Positions 46,776-59,359 of a stretch of 64,000 bases of DNA are shown piece by piece. The position numbers and the translations under genes are program-made. The notes under the pieces were generated by a model. It did no database searches. It saw nothing but the letters and a program-made list of their open reading frames with translations, and was not told where the DNA came from. The stretch is from Lophium mytilinum (lineage: Eukaryota), in the NCBI GenBank assembly GCA_010093605.1, contig MU004190.1:930001-994000 (forward strand), read 5' to 3'. Every line of letters starts with the position of its first letter. The stretch's first letter is position 1.

Positions 46776-48203
46776 TTAAGCAGATAAAGGTGAATGCACT
46801 CCTCTGCCTTTCCCATGATTTTTGAACTCGGTCAGAACGAGTTGCTGAAGTGGCCAGGCAATCCAGCTTTCCCACTCCTTCCCAATCTTGCCATGAATAG
46901 TTTGAAGCAGACGTCTGCTCATGCCTTGCATATACCAGACTTGATCCGCCCTATTGAGTAATAATGAATAATGCGCTAGTAGAATAAGTGCTTCTGGCTT
47001 GAGCTCTTTGACCATAACGAGAAAAGCGGCAGGTACTTTGATAGGCCAAGCGTAGACGACCGAAACTATGTCAATCTGGCCGTCGTCGGGGAAAGATGCC
47101 ATCAGCCGACAATCTTCGTGTAGTAAGGCCAGTGTCTCGTTCAGTGCTTCCACTTCAGTATGACTGGATATCCCAGATGAAACCCAAAGCTGACTCAGCG
47201 TTGCCAACTTGAAGCTCACTTCAGGGTCGGTTGCTTCAGCTAGCGCAGGGTTTGTAGGATGAGGATGTAAAATTAGCCTCATCAAGCTACTCGTCATCCA
47301 CTCCTCAGCCGCTTGGAGTAGAGTGTGGACACTACGTAAGAGACTAGTCCACTCAACATTGGGATCTTCTTCAGAGGTTGGTGTGTCCGAGAAAAACAAG
47401 TCGCCGGTTTGGTTTGAGGATGCCCAAGCGTAAGCAGCAATGATCGTCGAGAAAGCGAGACAAGCGTCACAGTTCTGGGGCGTGATATTCAACATCGCAC
47501 TCCGAAACATCCTCAATCCGATATCATGATGAGCGGATGCTTCGGCATATAAATGGGTTTTGCGTTCACGTTGCGAGCGTGCAAGATGCAGCGCAGAGAA
47601 AGCCAGAATACCATGAAGGAGGAACTCATGGGTGAAGGCAATTTGAGGAACCACTTTTTGCTATATTTGCTGGAGTTCTGGGCGATTGGATAATGTGAGG
47701 CTTGTCGTTGTGGTGTAGAAGTGCAATAATCCGAGGTTCTTTACCTCCAAGCTTATACGAGTCGCTGTAGGTGATCCTCTTGATGGGCTGAATGCGGATA
47801 GGGGGCCATCGCTTATGCCAGGTAGCTGCTCGGACACTGATGATTTCGCTCTGACATCTGAAGCAGAAGATGCGGTTGATAAGGTGCCAGAAAGTGAGCA
47901 CCAGGATTGAAGCCTTCTGTAATGACTACAAGAAGGCTTACGTTCGTCGCACTAGAAGGAGACAGCCACTCTCAGTACATCGTGTCTTGCTTTTGAGAGT
48001 AAATAGAAGACGGGGGAGCTCTTGAATGTACTAAAGGCATAGACTAGGTACACGAGCAATATCATGAGTGCGTACCCTTCTAAAGGAGAGTAATGACCTA
48101 CCTTGATTTTTCTTTGTTTGCACTGCTGACACCCGCTCCTGGACTTCCGATGGGGTCTCCGTTGGCCAGAAGCTCCTGAGACAGCGGTTGGTGTCATTGG
48201 CAT
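46776..48203 (-). pseudogene. Zn2Cys6 (Upc2-like) transcription factor disrupted by an in-frame TAG and loss of Cys5
   Basis: RRPHRKSRSGCQQCKQRKIK | intron 47952..48101 | CDERKPSCSHYRRLQSWC; then LLHFYTTTTS...QQI*QKVVPQIAFTHEFLLHGILAFSALHLA, with TAG at 47661..47663. Confidence 0.8.
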
Positions 48204-48564
48204 TCTGCCTTTGCTCCGCTGCTCTAGCCATAAACTCGCTACTCTTCTGGTCCAGGACGAGATACAAAATTGTATCGTTGATGTATGGGTCAATTACTTA
48301 AACGGTGATGCAACTTCGTCGAAGGGATAAGAATTCCAAATCATTACTCCGCCACCCTGATATCGCGTTCTAAACGAGTAGATAGAAAAGTCTATTTGTG
48401 AGCGGTCACGTGGTTGGCTGAATCACTACCAAAGGTTCTTTAACCTCATGAGCTTTACTTTCATGTAAGTTGTTTATGATACCATGTACCGTGTTGCATT
48501 CGAACCTCATAGAGTCAGGTCCTTTCAGGTAAGGAAATTCCTTCTGGCTCAATATACCTCTTTA

Positions 48565-50909
48565 TCATTCATACAGTCCCCCATGCCTCACCTCCCCTCT
48601 CTCTTCAACCGCCTGATCCCCAAAGACCAACTCGAGATGCCTCGCTCCTGTTTCTCTTACCACAACCATCCGCTGCCACGTCCGCTTATGCTCCAGCCCT
48701 ACCGCCGTATTTATCAGCAACTCTGATGGCCTCGAATTCATAGCCAGCGCAACAAGATCACTGATGCCCGCCCACGCCTTCCAGACTAGCCGCTGCCACA
48801 GTGTAACAGCAACTTTACCCACCGCAAGGACAAAGTGGATCCCAAGCACAGCAAACGCAAATCACAACGTCGGCGTCACCGTCTTAAAGCTCCAAGCGTA
48901 TCCAAAGCGACGAACTCGCACCTGCAACCGCATCCAGCCATTTTCCAGCGAGTCTGCCTCCAATTGGGGCAGCGGGTACTGGTGCCTGCTGCGGAAAGTG
49001 AGGTCGGTCTGCGATGCCTTTTTGACTCCCGGACCATCATGCACGATGAACACGCCAGTGCCGCGGCCAATCAGGCTCAGTGCATCGCTCAGAAGCATGC
49101 TTATCGACGTTGATATCATGCGTGTAGGTAGCGCCTTGTAGCCACCCCGGGGTGCCATAACGCGGCCATTGAATTCAGAGTCAACGAGGAAGATGTCCGC
49201 AAGGTCGCCCACGAGCGTGTTTTCGGTGCCGTCTGAGGGGACGTTGAGCGCGTCCGCCCAGTCTGTCCCGATTTCAATGTGACGGGCGGTCGTGGGAAAA
49301 GCTGCAGTGATGTCTAGTGCAGCGGCTGCGTCAGCGGGGCTGTCCCAGGCTTGGTGGACGAAGAGGTCTTTGCGGGTTTCTAGCCACATTATTCCGGGGA
49401 GCCAGTAGGCTGTGATGGTGCATGGGATGATGCTGTAGCTTGATTCAAGGTATTTGGGATTCTTTGGGTCTGTATGGTCGAAGATGTCTACTGGGACGAA
49501 GAATATGCCGCCGATAGAGGCGTTTCCTCTGGTACTAGATGCGGCATGCTCGTCTATCGGTACCCAGAAGAACTGAGTCTGTTTGCCGGTGAAGTTTTTC
49601 CCTAAATCCAATGCCGACTGCGGAACCTGCCAGACCTCATCGTTTCTGATCCCGAGGTGTCCAAAAGGGAACGCTACTTTCGGGTCGTCCTTGTCATACC
49701 ACGCACATTCAACCCCTACGAGCGGTTTTAGGATGTTTGCAGAAGTCTCTGGGGTCTTTGAGTCCGCCATTTTCGCGGTCATGTCGAGCCGCAACGGGGC
49801 CGGCCCCCCATCATCCCCCCTCAATCTCGGATATGACGACTTCCATGCATATCTCCAAAAGTTCGCCAGGTCAGTAGCAACCAAATGGGTTACTGACGTA
49901 CCAGAAGCCCACCCAAACCAGCTCATTTCAGAAGCGTAAGTAGCGTTCTGTACATCGACTTCGTCCCCAATATCAGTCAAGTACGGCGGCAACATCTGCT
50001 GCGTCCACACATCGGAACTAAGGTAGCGCAATGCACCACTTTCATTATCCACAATCGTGACATTTGCCCACATTCGACCTCTCACGTAGCCCTCCTGCCA
50101 CTCTTTAATCTCGTTGATGTTCGTCGTGGGACATTGGCGGCGAGAGTTTGCTCCGCGCCGAAGACACCGGTCAGATGGTAGCAAACTTGCGTTTACCTTC
50201 GAGGGCCAGATTTGCTCCGAAGTCGCGGTTAAATACAGGAGATCGTCACTACCGTTAAACGGGTCCTCGACAGGCCAGTAATTTAGCTTCGGGAGCGCGA
50301 CAATCGCAGAGACCGGATTCGCGATCGCTGCAAGCAGATACGCGACTCCGACTGACACAACCAGGAGTGGCCGTATTGGTAGTGTACTCCGAAATTCGTT
50401 GCTGAACAGGTAATTGAGCTTTGTAAGCTGGTATCCAGAGGTGAGGAGACCAAAAGGAACACCTTTCGTTCCGCTGAGGCGTCTGCGCATTTCATCAAGA
50501 ACGATGTCAGATAAAGATGCGAGGAGAATTAGCTCGTGAGCCTTTGCAACGAACTGAAAGCCGTTCAAGATTATTGCTTGATTCTTTCCACCGTAGTCGG
50601 CCAGGTAGATCTTTCGCACGTAGAGTGCGAGTAGGCACATTGTCACAGCCATCGCAAGGAGGTGTATGCCACAACGCCATAATGCTAACCAAAGACTTCT
50701 TACGAGTGCAACCTTGGGCTTCTCATTGATTTCAGTGAAATTCTCGGATGCTGATGTTCGGAAGATAGGCGAAAGGCGCTTGGGGTTAAGTTCGATATGA
50801 TGGACATCCAAGGGAAGCGGCTTATATCCAATGTACTCCGTGTCTCTCTGGCTCTGAAGGTGGAAGTCAGCGACTGAGTTTAGATCAATGGACTTGTACT
50901 TACATCCAT
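48565..50909 (-). pseudogene. Multi-pass fungal membrane protein of unknown function, with one in-frame TGA
   Basis: ATG at 50909 and intron 50854..50903 lead into ORF 48862..50811. The frame continues past TGA 48862..48864 into FAFAVLGIH...DLVALAMNSRP...NTAVGL...TW...VRE...HLELVF. Confidence 0.7.
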
Positions 50910-51823
50910 CGCTGAGGGCGAACGAACCAACTTTTGCCTACCATGATGACGACTCAACACCTAATCTCGTGAAAAATAAAGCGTTTCAACTGAAGAGCAT
51001 TTCGAACAAGGCAGCGAACGGACGACCATTTAGTATATGGGCATGTGGCGTGGCGCTTTACCTAGTCTTGCGCCATTTGAATAACACCAATAGACATTGT
51101 GTTGACACAGCCTTGCTGCAGTCGCCTTGCTTGGTATTCGGTTGCAAGATATGTACCAATAGAAACACCGCTCGCACAGCCTTGCTGCAGCCACATCCTC
51201 GTACGGAATCTCGATATAATTCTGCATCGCTGGGCACTTGGCTTTATGTGGGGGACAATCGTTTTAGACGAGACCACGTCATAAAGTTCAATGGAGATGT
51301 CATCCCTTTAGGTGCCTAGGAGCGGTTGATGAAAGTCGAAACGGCCTTCACATTTCATCCGGTTACCGAAAAGAAAACCACCAATTCCATTGATCGGTAT
51401 ACAAGGGCGTCAGTAAGCCTAAGGCACGTGCATCGGATGTTGTTCTTTGAATACGAAGAATGCATAGCTAGGTAAATTCAGCTGGATGGCAGGCGTATAA
51501 GCCAAGGAATTTACGCGAATGAACTTACAAGTACCGCCATGAAATGGCCCAGCGAGGCTACTTACTCTTTGAAATAATCAATTTACAACTCGCTCAGATT
51601 TTCAACAATGACGCCGAAACACTATGGCAGTAGCAAGAAAGCGCACAGAGCTGAATATGTTAGAGATAGTTGCTATCGGCTGGCTGGGAGGCGAAAAGGA
51701 AGGATAAGATCGGAAAGAGGAAACATAGATGGGAGCTTTTGAACCATTGAATCAATGCATTCCAGCGTCCAGGTCAAGACTTGGTCCAGGTAACAATCTG
51801 CCAGCATGACCCCACTAAAAGGC

Positions 51824-52750
51824 CTACTGTTTCCTCTCCCAGTAGTGCTGATCTAGTACTTTGTCTTCGCCACAAACCTCACACAACCCGTCTATCATCC
51901 GATTGAAGGTACTGTCTCTGCTGAAACATGATTGACAGAGGAGCACACTGAGAGAACGCGAATCTAGGCTGTGACGATCGTAGACCCGGTCTCGCTCTTC
52001 TCTGAGCAAAGAAGTAGTAATGGACGAAGAGAAAGGATTCTCGGAACGCGATCGTGTGGGCGACCTAGCAGACGGCGGCTGAAGAGGCCAGACGAATTGG
52101 AGGGGCGACGGAGGTGGAATTGTTGCGGAGAATGATGTGACATCCGAGGGAGTTGAGTGGATGGATCCTGGTGATCGGCTGCTGGATGGCGACATGCTTA
52201 TGCTGAAGTGTCTTCGAGATGGTGACTGGAAGGTGGAGTCTGTATTGCCAGGGAAAAAGGTTCCAGGAATTGTGAGCTCTGCAGGTGATAGAGTCTGAAT
52301 AGGGGATAGGGAACGACCCTCGGGAATAGTCTGAGAAGACAGGCGACGTCGAGCCAACTCCGACGTCATGCGCTTGGCCGTTGGTTGGGGAGCAACTTCG
52401 TTCCGGGCCCTCGATACCCTTCGAATCAGGTGGCTGTATATATTTGTCTCCTCCGAATTGTCGGATGTGGCCACCCTTTGCAAAGCTTGAATGGTGGGTT
52501 CTGTGTATGGTTTCAATTGGACTGAACTTCGCTGGCTGTCACTTTCGGCAGGTGCTGCGTCATTGGTACTGGCTATCGACTGGTGTTTCAGTCGAGCGAT
52601 ATCCAAAGCGCGCAGTTGGTCTCGGCGCCGTTCAGCTTCTTCGTCTCCCCCTATCCAGAGAGATGGGCGACGGGACTGAGGTGGAGAAGGCTCGAAGAAA
52701 TCCGGGCTGATAGAATTACGCCGATCCAGCGGAACCGTGGAAGACTCCAT
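51824..52750 (-). CDS. Hypothetical Ser/Arg/Pro-rich protein with C-terminal CxxC...CxxC
   Basis: Long ORF, first ATG at 52750 (MESSTVP); LCQSCF...LCEVCG. Confidence 0.6.
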   Translation of the reverse strand: MESSTVPLDRRNSISPDFFEPSPPQSRRPSLWIGGDEEAERRRDQLRALDIARLKHQSIASTNDAAPAESDSQRSSVQLKPYTEPTIQALQRVATSDNSEETNIYSHLIRRVSRARNEVAPQPTAKRMTSELARRRLSSQTIPEGRSLSPIQTLSPAELTIPGTFFPGNTDSTFQSPSRRHFSISMSPSSSRSPGSIHSTPSDVTSFSATIPPPSPLQFVWPLQPPSARSPTRSRSENPFSSSITTSLLREERDRVYDRHSLDSRSLSVLLCQSCFSRDSTFNRMIDGLCEVCGEDKVLDQHYWERKQ

Positions 52751-53146
52751 CGATACCTCACGACGTTTGGAGAGAAGTATGACCGGATAGGAGTATCTAC
52801 GAATGACAGAGCAGCGGGTAGTGATAGCAGGGCGTTCGAGGATGGGTTGTGTTTCAGGGCGTCGCGTGAAGGCGACAACGTCCATTCAAATGCACCTGCC
52901 ATGCGCGGCTTCATCTAACCAAAACAACGTGGGTGATAAATCGAGAAAGAGCATGCTATAAAGATTATTGAACAAGAACAAAGGATGAGCTGATCACGAA
53001 ATTCTAAGCAAGCGCAAATAAAAGATCGAGATAGAGGCAAATTCCATCTCACCTGAATGGTATATTACAGACCAAACTCTATGAAGTGAGATACCGGAGC
53101 ACCCCTATGCATTCCTGAGACTCCATCAACTCGTATCGCTCGATTG

Positions 53147-54067
53147 TTACGTTTCTGACATCTCGGTGTCCTCTGCTTTCGCCAAACCATGCTCTTTGAG
53201 CAGGGCATCAATCTCATCCGCTCCCCAAAGGTGGTGGTAGATCTTGCCGTTCTTGGTCCTGCCGACGGTCGCAAACTCAACTGTCGTACTGTTAGAATAG
53301 TACACTTATACGTCGATGCTAGTGTAGATTCACTCTTCTCGCTACTTAGCTTCGTAGAATCCATCGTCTTGCTTAGCACCTTGACAGCCAGGCCACAGGC
53401 CTCCTTCAAGTCGTACTCTTCCTTGTAGTCCTGCTTCAACAGACTCTGCGCGCTGGCGTTGTTCGCGCCTACGCTCGTTGCCTTCCACCCGCCGTAATTG
53501 CCGCTGGGATTGCTCTGGTAGAGCTGGAATTGGCGCTGCGGGTCCCAACCAGCGTAGATGAAGGAGACACCAAATGGCCGGAGACCACCGTGCTGGGTAT
53601 AGCCTTGCTTGAGATCGCACAGACGACGTACGAGCTGTTCGCAGGGGATGTCTTCGTTGTACGTGAGGAGGTAGCGTTGGGCGGCTTGGCGGGCGTAGTT
53701 GATGAGGATGTTCGCATCAGCCGTCATGCCTGCTACAGCGCAGATCATGTTGCTGAATTCTGTCAGCTTCAAAAAGTCGGAGTGAGAGCATAGAGCCGTC
53801 TTACTCGTTGAGAATATAGAGCTTCTCCGCTGATGTATCTTGCTCTAGCAGTTTGCTAGTCACTTTCCTCTCGGCGGCGAGAACAATGCCATCTTGGGCG
53901 AGAATGCCCAGCGCAGTACCGGCATGCGATATAGCCTCCAACGCATACTCGACCTGGTAGAGACGCCCCTCCGGCGAGAAGATGGTGGTCTAGGTGGGTG
54001 TTAGTTGGCGTTGATTGTGGCAGGGCTGCGGTGTATGGCTTACCCGTGAATCGTATCTTCTCGACAT
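53147..54067 (-). CDS. PRE9: 20S proteasome subunit alpha-3
   Basis: MSRRYDSR / [20 protein letters not shown] / [21 protein letters not shown]...[15 protein letters not shown]...[12 protein letters not shown]. Three introns; stop TAA at 53147..53149. Confidence 0.96.
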
Positions 54068-54333
54068 CTTGAATTCTGACAGCTACTGCAAGTGGGGAAG
54101 CCAGATATTGTGTCCAAGGGCTGGATACAAGTCGTGGAGAGAAAGGGATTGGGGTTCTTTGAACAGTGTGATGGAGTTGAGCTCCAGGCACAAGCTCGAT
54201 GCGCGTCTCGGCGACGGCGCCAAAAACCCCGGACTTTGCTTGGCGCTTGTTTTCTTGGACCCTTGGACCTAGAGTATCATCACGGCTTCAATTCTACTGC
54301 AGTGCACGTCACTCCTATTGCGGCTGTGATCTC

Positions 54334-56289
54334 ATGATGCTCTCCTCCGCAAATCTACCCCCAAAACCCCCACCTGGCGTTGCTCCACTCCCTCCAGAAT
54401 GGACTGAGCATAAGGCGCCGACTGGTATGTCACTCTTGAAGCAGACTGAATACGTAGCTAATAGCGATCTAGGGCACTCTTACTACTTCAACAAGACCAC
54501 GAAGCAATCCACATACACGCGACCCGTCTTTCAACCTCAAGCACCCAGCCCGCCGCCACCAGTCGCAGCGTCCTCCCAAGCTCCTCAGACGCCGAGCTTT
54601 CCAGGCCCATTCGGCGGCAACTTTGGCCAGCAGGGGAACTATGGTCAGCAGGGAAACTATGGCCAGCAGGGGAACTATGGTCAGCAGGGAAACTATGGCC
54701 AGCAGGGGAACTATGGTCCCCAGGGAAACTTTGGATTCCAAGGAAGCTTTGGACCACCGGGGAACTTCGGACCGCAAGGAAACTTTGGACTGCAAGGGAA
54801 TTTCGGGCCACAAGGGAACTTTGGTCAACAAAATCAGGGTTTCCCTCGCGGACAGCACCGGGGGGGTCACCGTGGTGGTCATAACTTCGACCGCCGAGAT
54901 GCAGAGAAGCGAGCGAAAGATCGCCCGAAGCACCGAAAAGATATCCCAGGCTGCGCGCCGTGGATTCTAGTCAAGACGAAACTTGGTCGGCGCTTCGTTC
55001 ACAACACCGAAACTAACGAAAGCTTCTGGAAGTACCCAGAGGAAGTCAGGAAAGGGGTTGTGGAGTTGGACAGGATAGAGCGCGAGAAGAAGCAGCGCAA
55101 AGAACGCGGGGAACCCGAAGAAGAGGTGGAAGTAGGTGTACAAGTGGAGAAGACACAAGGCGATACAGCTCAAGATGAGACGGCGCAGGGAGCGGAACCT
55201 AGGCCTGGAGCGTCGGAAGAGCGAGCCAAGGATGATAATGGGGATTCCAGCGAGTACGAAGAAGTAGAGGTAACGGACGACGAAGACGAGGATAACCCAT
55301 CGAAGCGGCAACGGACTGAGGAGCCGGCCGAGGATCAACCCGTCGAGTTCAATGAGGATGACATAGCATACCAGCTTGCTGCAATGGGCCAAGACTACGG
55401 CCTCGATCCTGGTGAATACGGAGACGGTGAAGAAGATGGTGACTGGGAGGAAGGCGCGGACGGTCTCCCGTTGACAGAAGAAGATTCAAAAGCCCTTTTC
55501 CGAGATCTATTAGATGACTTTCACATAAGTCCATATCACACGTGGGAAAAGCTTATCGAAGATGGCCTTGTATTTGACGACGACCGCTACACAGCGCTCA
55601 CCAACATGAAAGCGCGGAAAGAATGCTGGAGCGAATGGTCCAGAGACAAGGTTCAGGAGTTGAGAAAGCTACGCGAGAATCAGGAGAAGAAGGACCCGAA
55701 GATTCCATACATAGCCTTCTTGCAAAAGAATGCGACTCCGAAACTGTTCTGGCCAGAGTTCAAGCGAAAATTCAAGAAAGAGCCTGAGATGAAGGATATC
55801 AAAGTCTCAGACAAAGACAGGGAGAAGTGGTATCGCGAGCATATTAATCGTCTCAAACTACCTCAGGCAACTCTGAAGTCGGATCTCACGGCTCTTCTGA
55901 AGGCACAGCCACTGTCTGTCCTTAATCAGTCAACGTCCATGGATGCGCTTCCTCCTACTCTACTAGGGGACGTTAGGTTCATCTCATTATCCCCGATTAC
56001 ACGAGATCCACTCTTGGAAACCTACATCAGTACCCTCCCAGCAGCCCCAGACGGGACAACAGCTTCGACAGAAAACGAGGACGAGCTTGTGAAGAAGCGC
56101 GCTGAGAGGGAACGACGGGAGAAGGCTCTCGCTGAGCGCGAGAAGAGAGTACAAGAAGAGAAGCGCAAACAGAGGCGGGACTTGGAATATGGGAAGGGCA
56201 GATTACGAGAGGAAGAGATGGAACTAGAACGTGCAATGAGAGTCAACAAAGATGGCCTCAAGGGTTATCTTGCCGAAGAACAAGACTAG
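54334..56289 (+). CDS. WW/FF-domain pre-mRNA splicing factor (TCERG1/Dre4/Urn1-like)
   Basis: WW1 LPPEWTEHKAPTG-HSYYFNKTTKQSTYTRP after intron 54425..54472; WW2-like PWILVKTKLGRRFVHN...SFW; FF-like FRDLLDDFHISPYHTWEK...DDRY. Confidence 0.85.
   Translation: MMLSSANLPPKPPPGVAPLPPEWTEHKAPTGMSLLKQTEYVANSDLGHSYYFNKTTKQSTYTRPVFQPQAPSPPPPVAASSQAPQTPSFPGPFGGNFGQQGNYGQQGNYGQQGNYGQQGNYGQQGNYGPQGNFGFQGSFGPPGNFGPQGNFGLQGNFGPQGNFGQQNQGFPRGQHRGGHRGGHNFDRRDAEKRAKDRPKHRKDIPGCAPWILVKTKLGRRFVHNTETNESFWKYPEEVRKGVVELDRIEREKKQRKERGEPEEEVEVGVQVEKTQGDTAQDETAQGAEPRPGASEERAKDDNGDSSEYEEVEVTDDEDEDNPSKRQRTEEPAEDQPVEFNEDDIAYQLAAMGQDYGLDPGEYGDGEEDGDWEEGADGLPLTEEDSKALFRDLLDDFHISPYHTWEKLIEDGLVFDDDRYTALTNMKARKECWSEWSRDKVQELRKLRENQEKKDPKIPYIAFLQKNATPKLFWPEFKRKFKKEPEMKDIKVSDKDREKWYREHINRLKLPQATLKSDLTALLKAQPLSVLNQSTSMDALPPTLLGDVRFISLSPITRDPLLETYISTLPAAPDGTTASTENEDELVKKRAERERREKALAEREKRVQEEKRKQRRDLEYGKGRLREEEMELERAMRVNKDGLKGYLAEEQD
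54616..54831 (+). repeat. Coding 18-bp tandem repeat, 12 x G[NS][YF]Gxx hexapeptide
   Basis: GNFGQQ (GNYGQQ)x4 GNYGPQ GNFGFQ GSFGPP GNFGPQ GNFGLQ GNFGPQ GNFGQQ. Confidence 0.95.
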
Positions 56290-56656
56290 TAAGGGCTGAT
56301 CGAGTGTTCGCAGTGGGTAGGGTTTAGGAACAAGTTGAACATGATTGCTCATGGCAAATTGCGCCCACCACGAGTTCATGATGTAGGTACCAATCCCAAA
56401 CTGGCCTGAGTTATAGCGACTAAATCTATACATCCACTTCCGCGAAAACTAAAACTTTGATTGTCCCGCCCGATCGTACCCGTGTTTCTGTTAAACCATT
56501 AAACTTAAATGCATTATCATTAATGTCTTACTAAGGACTCTAAACCAGTAACACGTTTACGCCGACGCGTCGCTTTAAATGCTTTACAGACCCAAAACGC
56601 TGGAATAATCGCTTAATCAGATTCGCTCAACCGTCAAGACCCATTTCCCATGATGC

Positions 56657-57744
56657 CTAGGGCTGCTGCGGCAGTGCAGGCGCCGGCCCAATACTCTTCG
56701 GATCACTCGGCCCCATCGCTGGTAAATTTGATTGCGCCGGCGTCGAGATCCAGGACGCAACATTGTGGATTCCATCGTAGAAGACGCGCGCCATCTTAAC
56801 GTAGCCGTTGTTGTTGGGGTGGGTGCCATCGGATTGCATGTCGGCCATACTCCACCCTGGATTCAATTAGCTTCAACCTTTCAAGATAATTCCAGCACTA
56901 TGGCTGGGGTAAAAACTTACAAGAGCTATGGTTATCAACCATGAACACAGGTTTCTTCAGATCGCCCCGTAGTATTTCCACAACATCCGGAAGAAGCGTG
57001 TTATACGCCTTGATCACAGCTTCCGCTTTCTTGTTCCCATTTGGCGGGAGCGTGGAGACGATCACCACGGAGTTGGTCGCGATGCTGAGGATGTAGTTGA
57101 TGAAGTTGTAAATGTCGTTTGCCATGGCGTCTGTATAACCGTCAGTTTCCATTTCCATTAGCCGAAGGAGGGCAACGTACTCGCATCATGGCCTTGCAGG
57201 GCATCATTCGTTCCCGCCAACACAAGCACGACGTTTGGTTTCTGTTTCAATGCTGTCTTCACGCCGGTCTGGTTTCGGATTTCGTTGATTCTTAGACCGG
57301 GGTAGCCGTCGCATTCGTTGTCGCCCATTTGGCCGCATTTTTTGCTGCCTAGAGAAGATTTGTTAGTCCTCACTATTATAGATCGAAAAATTACGCAAAG
57401 GGAAATAGAAGAGCTACGCACCAACCATGTTCACCTGCCTCCCTTCTGCTACCAATGCGCTCCTCATCGCTCGCCGGAACCCGTCCCCATACGCCGAGCC
57501 TTGGCCCCATACGATCGAGGCCCCGATAGCCTGGATGCGGAGAGCTGGTGCCTTGGCCGCTTGCTCGGACCGTATAACAGCGAGAGCATTATCTATTTCG
57601 GTGTTTATCGGTATCGCAGAGACTGTACGTTTGTCAGAGAAAATTGCGTTGGAATGCGGCTCTCAGCACGTGTGAGAGCGTGAATAGCTTACCGGATAAT
57701 AGCGAAACGAAGCTCATGAACAAGCTCCTCGTTCCCCAGACCAT
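56657..57744 (-). CDS. Secreted SGNH/GDSL hydrolase (CE3-like esterase)
   Basis: Signal-peptide-like MVWGTRSLFMSFVSLLSVSA; block I GASIVWG, GYPG, block III LAGTND, block V DGTHPNNNGYVKMA. Four introns, including 57349..57421, 57131..57180 and 56857..56920, keep the frame. Confidence 0.85.
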
Positions 57745-59359
57745 TTTAACGTTCCTACCCTAGTAAGAGCCGCGTAGCTATATGTCCTCGTCGGTCGCCC
57801 TTGGAAGACGAGACACGAGCCACCGAAGTCGGAGTGTCGCGATCTATCTCCTAAATCTGTTTCTGATGGCGAGGAATGCAAACACGCGCAGCGAGACCTC
57901 AAGAACTTAAGAGATAAGAGAAAAGACGCGTAAGTTGTATGTACGTTGGAAGACACGACAGTATGGAATAGTCACATTAGATACCACATCCTAAAGTCTT
58001 ATAACATTCTGACTCCAACCTTCACTGCCTGTACAGGCTCTAACTTGCCCGCATTCGGGTCATAGCCCTGGCCCTGTCATGTCTATGTTCGGGTGGCAGT
58101 ATCGAATTTCATCCTGCGAGGCGCAGACTAGGCGTATAGCGCCTTCGTATGCGTATAGAGCATCGGCTTATTAACCACGCGGAACTTCGACTCATGAAGA
58201 GCGTAAGAGAGTGGGTTAGTAACACCGCCATGTAGGTGGGTATTGCCGTTGTGAACACATGGGAGCATGAGGCTCGTGCTTACACCTCTTCTTGGCTGCA
58301 AGGCGGAGTGCGACGTTGCTGGGGATGGCACAGAACTGGTTGCATGTGGTCTCAATAATCTCATCGACTGGCGCATCGTAGATTGCGGGCTCGCACAGTG
58401 TGCGGGGAAGCCTGAAAGATAGTTGCGTGGTTACGGATTGGAAGAGTTTCGGCAACAATGGTTGCACAGTGTGGAGTGCGACAGTATGTAAACGGTTATT
58501 GTTTTCGTGATGCGCTGGTGTTGTTGTGGGAGGGGGTGAGGGGATGCAGTGGCGGAGTTGGTGAGACGAGGCTCGGGTGGAGGCCTCAACCGAAAATCAA
58601 TGCTGTTCAGAGGATTTTACTATCTTGAGTTGCTGACGACTTGAATAATGGCGAGTCGTGCACACTTCTGCCCTACGTGCCGATCAGACGAGGCGTACTT
58701 TGCTGAGAGCCCTGTAGCTAAGATATCTCACTGCTCGAAAGGTTAAGGAGAATAGCTAGTTTCCTAATCTGACAAAAGGATGTAGAATCAAGCGTGCATC
58801 TAGGGGTGGTACATATCCACTAGGTCCTCTTGTGGACTCGTGCTAGCAGTGATTACTCTATGCGGACAAGTTAGACTGCCCATCCTTCCAGCCCAGTAAT
58901 CACATGATTTCTCCAAGGCTTGTTCGGCGATTAGGACAGTATCCCTGCCGTTCACTGAATTAGATGATTCTAAATATAGAACCCATTCGGGGGTGGTTAT
59001 TTAGGAGAGAACAGCGGCAGTTGATGAGCGGGCCCTATGTCTGCCTCACGTGCATAGCAATAGCTCTGCAAAGTACATTCGCAATCATCTGCCTCTGTGT
59101 CCACTCAAAATTGAAGGACGCCAGGCTGATAAGTTCCAGCCGCCAGAAAGAGCTTGAGACATGCTCAAGACAGATCGGTCCTTGCTTGCCTATATACGCC
59201 TTGGATTCGGCGTTCGGATCGGATGGCCCTCGTCTTCGTGGAATGGCTTTACATCGGCCAACTCGTATAAGTGGTGCTATCGCTACACGGCGCTCGCGCT
59301 AGACCGCGCAGCATTGTCCAGACCGTCTATGCAAGGGTGACAAAGGTTTGGTCACCAAC

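Noticed and set aside
51084..51195. ~70-bp imperfect duplication containing CACAGCCTTGCTGCAG twice
   Set aside because: Only two short copies with no further structure; likely local slippage.
57960..59302. Short ORFs between the SGNH hydrolase and the aldo-keto reductase
   Set aside because: No recognisable protein features or coherent exon structure.
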